Part shown: positions 63,906-64,000 of the stretch, piece by piece
Layout of the letters: every line of letters starts with the position of its first letter
Position numbering within the stretch: position 1 is the first letter of the stretch
Assembly: GCF_036365525.1 (NCBI RefSeq)
Contig: NC_090393.1
Location: 55,814,335-55,878,334, forward strand
Length of the DNA: 64,000 bases
Direction: 5' to 3'
Origin: Heterodontus francisci
Taxonomy: Eukaryota
Position numbers and translations under genes: made by a program
The notes under the pieces: model-generated
What the model was told of the DNA's origin: nothing
The model's input: the letters and a program-made list of their open reading frames with translations, nothing else
Databases searched by the model: none

Positions 63906-64000
63906 CTTCTTAAACCTTGTTCACTGTAGGACACATTTCTCTCCTGGTGTTCATATGTCTTCAATGGTTTCCGAAGCTGGTGAGAGTTAGATGAGAGCAG

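Noticed and set aside
1-64000. CRISPR arrays, rRNA or prokaryotic systems
   Set aside because: Eukaryotic intron-containing DNA; no regularly spaced repeat-spacer array seen

Overview
Vertebrate genomic DNA, almost certainly from a shark/elasmobranch (inferred from the repeat families and the Ig gene organisation), and mostly nested retroelement debris. Two host genes are supported. (1) The last three coding exons of HIRA on + (1176-1339, 1426-1514, 6189-6305). (2) A complete, in-frame, already V-J-joined immunoglobulin light-chain gene of lambda-like type on - (leader 42193-42241, V-J 41721-42077, C 39367-39695), with an octamer promoter and no RSS between V and J. The rest comprises many CR1 LINE copies; L2 and Vingi relics; a degenerate Gmr1/Gypsy-like LTR element and solo LTRs; DeuSINE and V-SINE copies; a tRNA-headed LINE with its internally deleted SINE derivatives; PIF/Harbinger-like and hAT-like MITEs; and Penelope elements whose termini carry minimal hammerhead-ribozyme motifs, one folded back into a perfect 183-bp palindrome. 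Repeat family names come from motif recognition, not database searches. Repeat boundaries without a TSD are approximate.
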